From Lama guanicoe (Eukaryota): a stretch of DNA of 64,000 bases. The notes below the pieces were generated by a model that was given only the letters and a program-made list of their open reading frames with translations, made no database searches and was not told the origin of the DNA. Location of the stretch: positions 8,306,873 through 8,370,872 of the forward strand of contig MU055178.1 in assembly GCA_013239625.1 (NCBI GenBank), read 5' to 3'. Numbering within the stretch: position 1 is the stretch's first letter; every line of letters starts with the position of its first letter. The position numbers and the translations under genes were made by a program. Positions 23,726 to 34,912 of this stretch are shown here, in pieces.

Positions 23726-25353
23726 CCCTGGGCCGGTGGTTCCTACACCCTGAGGCTCCCTTACCTTCCCCAGCTGCACTCATGCCCCCGCTCCTGTCTT
23801 GTGCTTTATCCTGCCCCTGCTCCCCCGCCTGCCTGCAGCAGCGATGAAACGTCCATCTGAGGAGCCTGGGCCTTGCCGGGAGGGGCGCCCACCCTACCCA
23901 AGGCCATCTAGTGCCAACTCCCTCCCCCACCATCCCCCTCACTGCACTTTGGACCCCTGGGGCCAACATCTCCAAGATAAAAGTTTTTCAGAAAAGAGGA
24001 AAAAAGAAATTTAAAAAAGGATCGCCACTCTTCATGACTTCAGGGATTAATTTTTTTTATACGCTGGAAACTGATTCCCCTTTCCCTCCCCAAAGAGGAT
24101 AGGACCTCCCAGGATGCTTTCCCAGCCTCTCCTCACTTTCCCATCTGCTGTGCCTCTGGGAGGAGAGGGACTTTTGGGGGGCCTGCCCCTTGTTTGCCAT
24201 CACCAAAAGGAAAGGACGAAGCCACACACACCCAGGGCATGAAGCCCTGCGGGCTGCACCGGGCGGGGCCTCAGTGTGGTGAGGGCAGCAGGGCCGAGGG
24301 CTCCCCTCACCCGGCCTTTGCCACCCCTCCCAGGAACTGAAAAAGCCCTGTCCGGAGAGGGGGCAGAAGGACTCAGCACCCCTGGACCCCCAAATGCTGC
24401 ATGAACACGTTTTGAGGGGAACCCGTGCCCCTGGGCGGCAGCCGGGCCTCCCCAGCCCCTCTCCTTTCCCTGGGCTCCGGCCGTGCGCTGCAGTCTGGGT
24501 GTTTGCTCAGTTCGCTGACCCAAAAGTGCTTCATTTCCCTGCCTGACCCACACCGGGGAGGGCCAGTCATGTGTTAAGTTGTGCTTCTTTGCTGTTGTGC
24601 GGGTGGGATGGGGAGGAAGAGGACAGACAGGGCTGGCCCGGCTGCCCCTAGCCGCCTCCAGTCCAGGTCACCCTCGGAGACCAGACAAACCCCACTGACC
24701 TGCTGTGGCCTGAGATATGTTCTATTTTTAACCCCTTCTTGGAATTGGCTCTCTTCTTCAAAGGACCAGGTCCCATTCCTTTCTCCCCTTGCCACCCAGC
24801 TCCCTGTGAAGAGAGAGTTAATATATATTTTTTATTTATTTGCCTTTTGTGTTGGGATGGGTTTGTGCCCAGTCCCAGGGGGTCTGATGTGGCCATTATA
24901 GGTTGGGTATATACCCAGCAGTCCTGGCGAGGGGGCCTGAGTCCCTTCCCCTTGCTCCAGGCTGTCATCTCCCCACCTCTTCTCTCCTTCCTGTTTTGCC
25001 AACTGTTATTCGAGTCACCGTTTATGCTAAGCATGTATTCCAGACTTGTCACCAATTTTCCTCTGGAGCAGGTGGCTTGAAAAAGAGGCTATGGCAGGGG
25101 AAAAAAAAGTGTTCCCGTTTCTCATTTGTAAGGCTGGTCTCTGGCTTTTCTGCCATGAATTACCCCCCTGGCCTCTCCCCTCAGCAGTTCCTACAAAAGG
25201 TTAAAAACTTCACTGGTTTTTACTACTGATGACTTGACTTAAAAAATACAAAGATGCTGGATGCTAACTTGATACTAACCATCTGATTGTACAGTTTTGA
25301 CTGTAAATATGGTAGGATTTTGTGTTTTGTTTTTTCATTTCCCCATACTACTG

Positions 25354-25359
25354 AATAAA
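25354..25359 (+). terminator. CELSR2 polyadenylation signal (3'UTR about 23726-25378)
   Basis: AATAAA after a U-rich region, with TGTA elements upstream (TGTAAATA at 25302-25309). Confidence 0.8.
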
Positions 25360-25964
25360 CTAGTTCTGTGCGGGCTGAGCATTGTCACCATGTGCTTCTG
25401 TGTGGGGCCCTGTCCTCCCAGAGGGAGAGGGGCCTGGTCTCTGGAAAATAAGAGTAGGTAGGGCCCTGGAAGGACCAGGAGGTCAGGGGACTCAGATAGA
25501 TAGTGGCTCATGAGCTTAGCCCCTCCACCAACACCCGACAGTGCTCCCCAAACACCCTCCTCAGCACAGAGCCCATGCCCTGGAAGATGTGGCTAATGGC
25601 AGGAAAGTATCCTTTCTACCAGAACAGGAGGGACTTGTGTGACTGGAGAGGTTGCACAGAGCAGGCAGGATTCCAGCTTAGCCCACAGGGCTGAGTCCTG
25701 TCCTGGGAGCAGAATTCAAGAGGCAGGGAGAGCTGAGTTGAGAGGCTGGTAGGAATGGAAAGGTGCTCCTGACTTCACTTCTCTGGGCCATCTAGTGTTC
25801 TTCCCCATTGGAACTGAAGCAGCTACTCATACTCTAGCCAGCTCTGTGCTCGTCCACATTACTTCTTTTCCCAAGTTTTGTGTTTTTTGCAGATCTATCC
25901 ACAAACTGAAAAGAGTTCGCATGGGGACAATAGAGGAGAACACAAACCCTGGAACCAGACTGAG

Positions 25965-26105
25965 AGACTTAATCTCTCTGAGCCTTAGTTTCTCTGCCTG
26001 CGAAGTGAGGATAATAATAGCGTCCGCCTAATTGAGCTTTTATGAGAATTAAATGAGTTAACACACGTAAAGTGCTTAGAACAGTTCACAGTGCATAGTA
26101 AGAGG
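25965..26105 (+). mobile_element. MIR SINE 3' part
   Basis: cttaatctctctgagccttagtttc...gaattaaatgagttaac...aaagtgcttagaacag. Confidence 0.75.
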
Positions 26106-26349
26106 CCCTCGCTGGTGCTGCTGGGCGGGGGTGGAGGTAGAATGCATAAAGAGAAAAAGTAGAAAGCCCAACCAAAAGGGAAGGAAGGAAGCAGGTAGTG
26201 AGCAGAAGGGCAGCTGTGGCAGGCAGGCCTCCTCCCCAGCTGGCACTGCCTTCTCAATGCTGCTTAAGCAGATTAGCAGTGAGATTGGAGGGGCTGGTAA
26301 AACTATACTGACCTGGAGGGCGAGGAACTACATGCCTTGTCCTCTTCGG

Positions 26350-26448
26350 CCACCAGGTGGCACCAGGACACAGGTCTGCTTGTTTTGCCTCTGAGGACCC
26401 ACCAGGGCCTGGCCCTCACCCAGGCCACACAAACGTGCCATCTGCTGG
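26350..26448. promoter_or_regulatory. Pair of CTCF consensus motifs (+ 26350-26363; - 26435-26448)
   Basis: CCACCAGGTGGCAC and CCAGCAGATGGCAC both match CCASYAGRKGGCRS. Confidence 0.75.
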
Positions 26449-27680
26449 CCACACCTAAACGTGTGCCTGCGCTTGCTTCTGTCAGAGCAGGCTGTCACCA
26501 ACAGGCCCTGCTCACCAGACACCAGTGCAAGACGCAGCTGGGAAACACACCTGAGATTTCCTTGCCTCTGCCAAATTTCTCCAGAGCCAAATACTCAGTG
26601 TCTGTCTCCACACCCCCTCTCCCAACTCAATGCCGGAATCCCAGAGTGCGGGAGTTGCTGCAAGAGGCCCAGGGAAGGTGAAAGGCTAGGCAGCTGTCAC
26701 TGTGATACAGGTGAATGTGTTAAATGAACCTTAAGATCAGCTGCAAAAAGAAGAAAGCAGTGGAGGGCCCCTGGCCTGGGAACAGGGGATGGGTATTTTA
26801 GTGCCTCAGCAGGGAGCCCGTGGGCGTGTAAACGTATGGAGGGCAGGGCACCAGCTCCCTCTGCCCAGTCGCCTGCTGCCTTCCTTAAGTCATGGCCTGG
26901 CCTCCAGGGAGAGAAGTCCTCTCAAAACTCACAAGGAATTGAGCTGGTTCTGGTTGCAAGAATCATAGGCTGTGAGAAAAGGGAGACCCTTGGTTAAGTC
27001 TGTTAAATGAGTCTTGGTCATTCATTCAACAAACACTCCCATCCTGCACTCAAAATCTTTTTTTCAATGAATGAATGAAATTCTCTGCCACACATAAATC
27101 GTTAACACTAGGCACTGCAGAGGTTTGTAAGTCCTGGTGCCAGCCCTCAAGTCTAGTAGGGGAGAGAAAAAGAGAATATCAGCAATTCTAACGATGTCAG
27201 GTGTTCAGGTACCTTCTGCCTGAGGCGATCAGCAAAGCCAAACACCAGGGTACTCACCCAAGGGCCCCCTCATCCCATCCGTACAGCAGACAAGATCCTG
27301 AGGAGGTCCTAGGAGGCTCCATTCTCTTGCCAGGAAAGGACACCCACGTTTAGGAGATAAGTAATAATTTACCAAAACCTTGGTTTGATAGCCTTATATA
27401 CTGTGAATCAAACTATACTTAAGTTGATCTGGACCTTCTAATAACATGAATCCTGGAAATGCCTGGAAAAAGGCAGTCTGTTCCCAACTAATGCCAACAA
27501 GGGGGCTAGTCATAGGCTAATTAGCTGGAATCTCAAGGCCCAAGGGCCTTGTCAGACCCCTGCCTGGGAGGCCCATCCTGGCTCAACTCACTGGAATTAT
27601 ACAGGCATTTACTCGAAATTTGTTAGAAATTAGAGCAGGACTTACTTTCACATGCACAGAGAATATAGAAATATATTCAT

Positions 27681-27686
27681 TTTATT
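27681..27686 (-). terminator. PSRC1 polyadenylation signal
   Basis: AATAAA on the - strand about 610 nt after the stop codon. Confidence 0.75.
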
Positions 27687-28293
27687 TTAGAAAAATGAAT
27701 ACCATTGAAGTAAGCTTATCATAAACTGGCCTGTTAGGAGCCACAGAATTCACAGGAAACAAGTTCTGGAGACCAGATGCCTGCCTCTGCCTCTCCAAAC
27801 AGGCCGGAGTCCAGTAGAGGATGTGATTCAGGAGGACTGCTTCTCGGAGAGCAGGGAGGTTAGCTACAGAGGCCACTCATATGTAAATGTCCAGTGAACC
27901 CATGCCCTGAACTGGTGCCCGGGAAGATCAAACTCTGGGGTTGGATGCAAGAGTGGGGGTGGATGAGGACAAACCACTCGCTGGCAGTTCTCGTTTTCTG
28001 GTTGTTAACTTCACCACTGGGAGTGGTGAAGTTAAACACCTCTTTTTCTTATTTTGCTTCAACTCAGACTTTGATTTCCCTCCACCTCAACCCTAATCCA
28101 CCCCATCTCCCATGGTTTGTACTCCTGGGGCACCAGTTGTGGTGGCAGCTCTTCCTCCTATCTCTGGGCCAGAATGTGCTGGAGTCAGGCCTGCCTCCAA
28201 AGACAGGGCTTAGGAGGCCGAGAAGAGGCGAGTCCAGGCAGTGACTGACTGTAGTGGTTTGCTACTGAATTCTTGCTTGCTGTCCTGCTCTCT

Positions 28294-30779
28294 TTACCTA
28301 AAGAGACAGAAGGAGGAACTGCTTTAAGTTGCCCTCTTTCACAAGCCCATTTGTCACCAGCTGAATTCAAGTTCTTCCAGGTAGGAAGAAATGGGACTCC
28401 TCACCCCTCCAGGCTCCCCTCCTCAGCCCTATCTTGCCACACAGGATTCGGGACTGATGTGCATAACAGCTTGGAAGCCCAGATGACAGGGGAGAGAGAG
28501 ACAGCATCTCAACCTGTCTTACCTGGTAGGTCCTGGGACTGCAACTTTCCTGGGGGGCTGCAGATTGCTGCGACCAGCACCAGTGACAGGAACATTTGGT
28601 CGCTGAGAAACAGGAACTGGATGGGAGTTTAAAAAAAGACATGGTTATCAGAAGGTTCAAGAGACTTTCTCAAAACAAAAACAAAAACAAAACACCGATG
28701 AAGGCAGAGTGAGTTTGGGATTAGTGCCTTTCTTCCCACCCAAGCTAAAAAACATAAGGTATTTGAAAACTGAGGCTCAAACTCTTTGCCAAGGCCCATA
28801 TTCTCTCCTTAACTCAGTCTCCCCGTCTTCAAACAGAGCTGTAATGAAGGTGGAGAAGGTCACTGTTACCAGCTCTGGGAGGGTGTGGTATTCTTCCTCC
28901 TGACTTCTTGTATTCATTTTCCTCACCTCTGTGCCCTGCGGCACTTGGTCTTGGAAGTCCTTTCCGAGTTGACAGGGAATCTGCAGGAAGGGCACTTTTG
29001 CTGGATGGTACACTCCGGCCAGTGAGTGGCATCCTGCTGGCAGGCCTGGGGATGGCTGATGGGCCAGGTGGTCGACTGGGAGGTTTAGCAGTTGCTCCTT
29101 GTGGCCGAGATGGGCGCTGAGTGTTGCTGGCAGGAGGTTGCAGGGCCAGGACTGGTCTGACAGGGGTAGGTGGGTCTGGTGGAGAGGAGCAGAGGAATTT
29201 TAGGGAAGCTCCACATCCTCCCTCCTCCCATTCACCCAGAGCTTGGCTGCCCAGGCCTTCGCACTTGCTGCTGCTCTCCCACTGGGCCCAGCTTTCCCCC
29301 GGACTGGAGGCGTTGATCGGGCAAGAGGAGAAGATGCTGGGCTTTTGGATGCAGGGAACAGATTGCAAGTGGGCGACTCCTGAAACACAAAGAGAAAAAA
29401 GGACTAGGATGGAAAAAGAATCTGTTCTGCTGGCTGATTAAGGGATAGAGGTGGAGAGTTGCCTGGATCCCAGTAAGGAAGAGCAGAAGTTAGCTGCCAA
29501 CATCATCACCACCACCACCAATGCCATTTATTGAGAGCTTATTATAGACATTACAGCGCTTATACACAGATGCTGAGGTAAGTACTTTGCTTATGGTATC
29601 TTGTTTAATTCCAACAATTCTATGAGGTAGGATTGGACTATCCCTATTTTATCAACAAGGAAACCACGATATGCCTATACTGAGTCATGCACTGTATCTG
29701 GGGACACACATCCAACCCCAAACCTCTAAACTCACCCTTTTTGCGCTGGAGGGCCTCTTTCCAGGTGTTGCCCGAAGAGCCCTGACTGACCCCTTCCTAT
29801 CGCTGCTCCGGAGTCGGGGTGTCAGGCTGCTTGGGGAGGGGGTGCTCCGGGCCAAGGAGCTCACAGTGGGCAGCAGGTCTCGGACAGGACTGTCCTTGAG
29901 CACAAAGGTCTCTCGCCGAGGGCTGGGCTTCACCCTTCGAAGCCCCGGGCCCTCGCCCGCGTTCTCCCGCTCCTGCAGGGCACACTTCTCCAGCTGAGCT
30001 GCCAGCCGGTTGGCCTCGTCAAGGATTTCTTCCAGCTTCTCTGGGCTGAGGGGGCCTAAGCTGAGTCTCGGACCCTGGGGGGCGGGGGCCACTGCATTTG
30101 GGTTACTTCGATGGGAGAGGCCTCGTCGGAGGGGTTTCTCCGGAGTCACCAGCACTGCTGTATCTTCTTCCTCTCGACTGAGACAGAAAACAAACCAGGC
30201 ACCATGCCCACATGGAAAGGAACAGGAGACTGTGCAAGGGAGACTGGGCAAAACCCAGACAACAGAGCCAGGGACACACCCCCAAACCCTGATGCCCATG
30301 CTGGCTGTGAGATCTAAGTGATGAAACACCTGGTTCTACGAGGCCTTCAGCACTTACTGACATTGGAAATTATGTCAGGATGAAGATGCAGCAAATCCAC
30401 TTATCCTTCTTCTTAACACCCTGAAATCTCATTCCTGCTTATCCCTCCTCCCCTCTCCCAGTAGTGTAATAGGGGCCCAAGTCAAACAGCCACCCAGAAG
30501 CCCCAGCACACCCAACCTTGCTAAATTACCAATTCAGGCCTGAGGCCAATAATTCAGCTGTAAGGGGTTAGAGACAAGCATCATTGGAGAAAGTAGGATA
30601 GAGTCTACTACCTGTCAGATGGTGACAGCCCTCCAAAGTCCAAGGTCTCATCCACTATAAACTTTACACCTGTAAGGAAGGAAAGAAGAAACGCCAGCCT
30701 TGGGTCCCTAACACCGCTCTCCATCACAGGGCCTCATTGTTTCCTCCAGGGTTTCCTTACCTTCTTCTAAATCCTCCAT
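28294..30779 (-). CDS. PSRC1: Proline/serine-rich coiled-coil protein 1 (DDA3), about 326 aa; join of 30779-30761, 30669-30612, 30177-29736, 29379-29265, 29175-28927, 28616-28523, 28297-28294
   Basis: [31 protein letters not shown]...[21 protein letters not shown] (GTSE1-like N-terminus), SxIP-type EB-binding motifs (SAIP, SRMP), C-terminus [12 protein letters not shown]; GT-AG, phase-consistent. Confidence 0.95.
28523..28616 (-). CDS. PSRC1: PSRC1 coding exon 6
   Basis: [10 protein letters not shown]...[11 protein letters not shown]. Confidence 0.9.
28927..29175 (-). CDS. PSRC1: PSRC1 coding exon 5
   Basis: [10 protein letters not shown]...[11 protein letters not shown]...AAGHR. Confidence 0.88.
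29265..29379 (-). CDS. PSRC1: PSRC1 coding exon 4
   Basis: [14 protein letters not shown]...GRAAA; donor A|GTGCG. Confidence 0.85.
29520..29670 (-). mobile_element. MIR SINE fragment
   Basis: atttattgagagctt...tttaattccaacaattctatgaggtagg...attttatcaacaaggaaac. Confidence 0.6.
29736..30177 (-). CDS. PSRC1: PSRC1 coding exon 3
   Basis: [15 protein letters not shown]...RPSSAKR. Confidence 0.95.
30612..30669 (-). CDS. PSRC1: PSRC1 coding exon 2
   Basis: [18 protein letters not shown]. Confidence 0.92.
30761..30779 (-). CDS. PSRC1: PSRC1 first coding exon (whole exon 30817-30761)
   Basis: ATG GAG GAT TTA GAA GAA G|GTAAGG. Confidence 0.9.
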
Positions 30780-31239
30780 GTTCCAGCCACAGGAGCAAGA
30801 GTCTGCTTAGGCCTGAGCTGGAGAGAAAACATACCTTTCCTCAGGTCTCCATCCTGCCCAAGACCTCCCAGCTAGACTCAGGGTGCAAGCCAGGGCTTGG
30901 GGGTCGTGCTGGAGGTAAAGCAAGCGTCCCAGGAGTAGCACCTGCCCGTGTAAATACTCCTGTCACCTCCGAGGCAGGTGCGCGTAGGCGCGGGCAGGTG
31001 CAGGCAGGTGCGGGCAGGTTCGGACAACTACCCTGCACTCCTTTCTCCCTCCGCACATTCGCCCCCGCCTCCCTGCGACCGGACCTCTCCACGCTGGGGT
31101 GGTCCACACGCCCTATCTTCCCCCCGGCCACCATCCTCCGGGTTCTTCCTCTCCCCAAGCCACCTTTCTACTCCCCGCGGCACTACAGCCACATCACACC
31201 CCAGCCCACCTTCAGTTTGCACTTTCCTAGCCGACTCAC

Positions 31240-31620
31240 CTCTCGCGGAAGATGCTTTCCTCCTACAATCTAGTCCCGGGAATCAGCTTCGAGGGGGCGG
31301 GGCGCCTTTCGAATATCCCAAGCCCCGCCCATCTTACCATACACGCTCAATGATTGGTGGGGGTCAGCATTCCCCGCCCTCGTGGGGCGGAGCGGCGTGG
31401 GGGGCAGCTGGCCGGAAGTCTGAAGGTGGGCGCCATCCGGAGGGCTGCAGGGGGAGGCCGCGAGCGCGCGCGCGTGCCCGGGAGACCTTGAGGGGCGGGG
31501 CCTCGCGGCGGCGCGCGAGATAATGGGCCAATGAGTGAGGGCTTCGCGCCCTGCCACCCCCTCTGCTGCGCCCCCTCCTTTGACGCCTCTCACGGCCGTC
31601 CGCCCTAAAACGAACGCTCT
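31240..31620 (-). promoter_or_regulatory. PSRC1 CpG-island promoter and non-coding exon 1 (donor after 31240): CHR, CCAAT, GC, ETS and E2F-like elements
   Basis: Donor GAG|GTGAGT; TTCGAA (CHR variant) 31308-31313; CCAAT boxes 31353-31357 (-) and 31528-31532 (+); CCGGAAGT 31412-31419; several GGGCGG; architecture typical of G2/M DREAM/MMB targets. Confidence 0.8.
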
Positions 31621-33944
31621 GTCTGAGAAAAGACGTTTCCTTGGGCTCACTCCTTTTGGAAGCAGATCTGCCGGATTCCTCAGTTCTGATTTTTCCAAAA
31701 TTTCGGAAGCAATTGAACATTCATATTTTAAGTATATTGAGGTTCTCTAAGAAGTGCATCTTCCATCGGCTTTTTAGGCAAGAACATTTGGAACTTGAGG
31801 CACCCGAGGTGTGAAGAAAACAACGGGCTTTTCAGACAGGGAAATTTGGGTTCAAATTCAACCGTGGCTCCTCTGTTGACAAACATATTGTATATATTTG
31901 ACCTCTCTGGGCTTATCTTTGACCCCTCGCTTATCTCAGTGGATCATGACAGTCACAGTATGTGTTAGGAGCATAATTATGAACATCAGGTTTTATACTG
32001 TGTGCCTTAAGGGCTTTTGAGGGTAGTGTTTGGGACTTGCTTCCTCTAAACTAAAAGCTGTGTTTATAAAAAGCTTAAACCTATTTATTAGGGATTTTCT
32101 TTGTTGTTTCCAGGGGTTGCCTGTGAATAGACTGGGCCACCAGTTAACAGAACTTAGAAATGTTCTAGAGATTTTAAGTTAAAAGGCCCTAAAAGAATGG
32201 TTGACGAGCTTTCCCATAAACAAAGAGCCTGAGCTTTTAATCTCCTGACTTTATGACCATTATTTTGACTTTTTATAAGCTTTTTGTTTACTTCCTAGTT
32301 TTTAGTTGTGAAGTTGCCGGGTAGTGTAGTTCGGAGGAGTGAGATGTTAATTGTAATAAATACCACAAGAAGCAAAGGAACCTTGGGATTTAGTGGTGTG
32401 ATAAGATGGGGAGGCCCAGAACATGCAGGCTTGTGTGAGAAAGAGCTGAGAGAAGAGGGTTGCCTCTCTTTCTGTAGGTTCCCTGTGAAGGTGGAATTTT
32501 AGTTCCCTGCAGAGTTCAGATTCTTTGGAGGTGAGAAAACCAGAGCTAGTAGCTTCCCTCTCTCCAGGCAGGTAGTGGCAAATTGGCGATCAGAGAGAAA
32601 GAAGCTGTTCGTTAACCACATTCTTCCTTCCCCTAGGAGCAGCCTGAGAAGGGAGAGTCTTCATCCACCTTCAGGTAAGCGAAGGAGGCAGTTTTAGCAA
32701 ATTGGAAGATCGTTTCTCCTAAAGAAACTCATCTCCAATTTTCTATTGCCAAGTTATGATTTTGAAAGCTGTTGCAGTACAAAGAAAAAGGCATCTACTT
32801 TCTCCTCCAGCAGAATGACAACAAAGCCAGAGTATATAGATTTCAGGCACAAGAATTCTTCACTCAGCGTAAGGCCACTAACCTGGGAAATATCTGTTTC
32901 CCCCAGTTCAACTCCAAAATAATATGTATGAATAGGTGTTTAAGATTTTGCATAAATAGTGAAGAAATGAATTAATGAAGAAATTACACCCCTCCACCCT
33001 GGCCCCACCCTCCCGCACAGGGTAAGCCTTAGTTCAGAAGGTACTTTGAATGTAGTATTGCCTGCATAAATGAAAAAATTAAGGATTCCAGTGCAGTTCT
33101 CCTTGAATGCAGAAGGATTACCTGTGACTGGAGGTCTTGTTCAATGTGAAGATTTTACTCATTCACCATGAAGGCTGAGAATATAAGAACTTTAAGAGAT
33201 GGCCCTTGAGCACTTCAACAAACAGCTGAGGCATGGGACTGTGGCTTGAGACCAGAGTCTGACTGATCCTTGGGACAGCATAGCTGGGAGTATTTCACTC
33301 CTTCCTGACCTATGCCCTGTTTCAGCTGGAGGGAGGCCTCTTAGTCATTGTGTACATGACTGGCTGGCTCTGGACTCTGCCCCCAGCCCCCAACCTCCCT
33401 CTCAACATTTTCAGCAGGGATTCCACAAGTGCATTAGACCCTACAAATGATTTGTGTGACTATTTTCTCAATTTTTCCAAGGATGCTATGCAACTAGTAA
33501 CATTCTAGGTGCACAGGAAGAAGGTGATTTATGACATACAATGAATGCTGGGTACATTGGGATTCTCATAATTCTCATAGAACTCTGGTTGAGAAAGGCT
33601 GGAATACATAGATGCTTGGCGTCAACTGAAAATAGACCTTTGGTCTGAAAAGAAAAGCTCTTCACACTCAGCCAAACATATCCCCTTCCTCCTCAAAACC
33701 TCTCCTAATATTTACTACCACCTAGAAATCTTTTCTTTCTTAAACCCATAATTCCAATTCAGACCCATGCAGTGGAGTCACTGGGTAGAAGAGATGGGAG
33801 GAAGTAAGGAAGGCTTGACGTCAAACAGACCTGGTTCAAATCCTAGAACTTCAGCTCTCCAGATACATGACTTGGAACAGTTTATAAGCTTGAAGTTACT
33901 CATTTGTAAAACGAAGATTAAAAGCCTGATGTTCAGTGATGCCT

Positions 33945-34410
33945 AGAAAGCTGTTTCAGTTACGCAATATTTAGTGGCTTGAAGCAACAGCAAATATTCA
34001 TCTCATGATCTTACCATTTGGGCAGGGCTGTGCAAGAATAACCTGTCTCTACACGAGGAGTAGATTGAGCCTCACTAGGGCTGAGGGGTCCAAGGTGGCC
34101 ACACATGTCTAGGGCTGTGGTGCTGGCTGTCAGCTGGGATGCTTAGTTGTCCTCCAGGCAGCCTCCCATAATTCAGTAATCTATCCTGAGATTCTGTACA
34201 GGGGAGCTGACTTCCAAAAGCAAAAGTAGAAACTACAAGACGTCTTAAGATTTAGCCCCAGAACTGCCATAGCATAACCTCCACTATATTCTTGTGGTCA
34301 AAGCAGGTCACATGGTCAGCCCAGATTCAAGGGGAGGAGAAACAGGCTCCAATTCTTGTTGGGAAGAAGAATACCATGCCCATATTGGGATGGGAGGAAT
34401 TGTCACTATC
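33945..34410. mobile_element. MaLR (MLT1-family) solo LTR, boundaries approximate
   Basis: ttagtggcttgaagcaacagc...gtgctggctgtcagctggg...ggtcacatggtcagcccagattcaagggg. Confidence 0.65.
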
Positions 34411-34912
34411 TTTTGCAAACTCCATCACAGGATACCTTCAATATCTTGTTTGTTAGAAGAATGAAAAGTGTAAGCAAGAGCACCTCCCCTTTATTCTTTC
34501 CTCAGGGTTTAATGAGACTCTGCTCCAGTTTCTTCAGTATCTCCCAGCCCTCACATCTTAGTGCTCTGCCTTTAATTAGTTATATGTACATTTATGTCCT
34601 GCTGTCTGTGTCTGTGTGATAGATGTGCATTCTGTTTTCCAACTTAAACTGGAAAGCACAGAGAGGAAGAGAACAAGTCATCTTCAGCACTGCTTTGAGC
34701 ACCTGGTACTGTATAGAGTTGTCATAGACTGTCCAGAGAAAAGGACAGTGTTAGAAACCTCTGTGAAAGAGAAGGTGGATATGGGAAGAGAAAGGAGAGT
34801 CTGGGGGTCTGCAGATTCCATACGATCTGGCTAAAGGATTCCAGCTTTCTCAATGGTTTTCCATATGGAAAGGCTCAAACAGATGGACACTTATGCACTG
34901 AGGAGTCGCACC

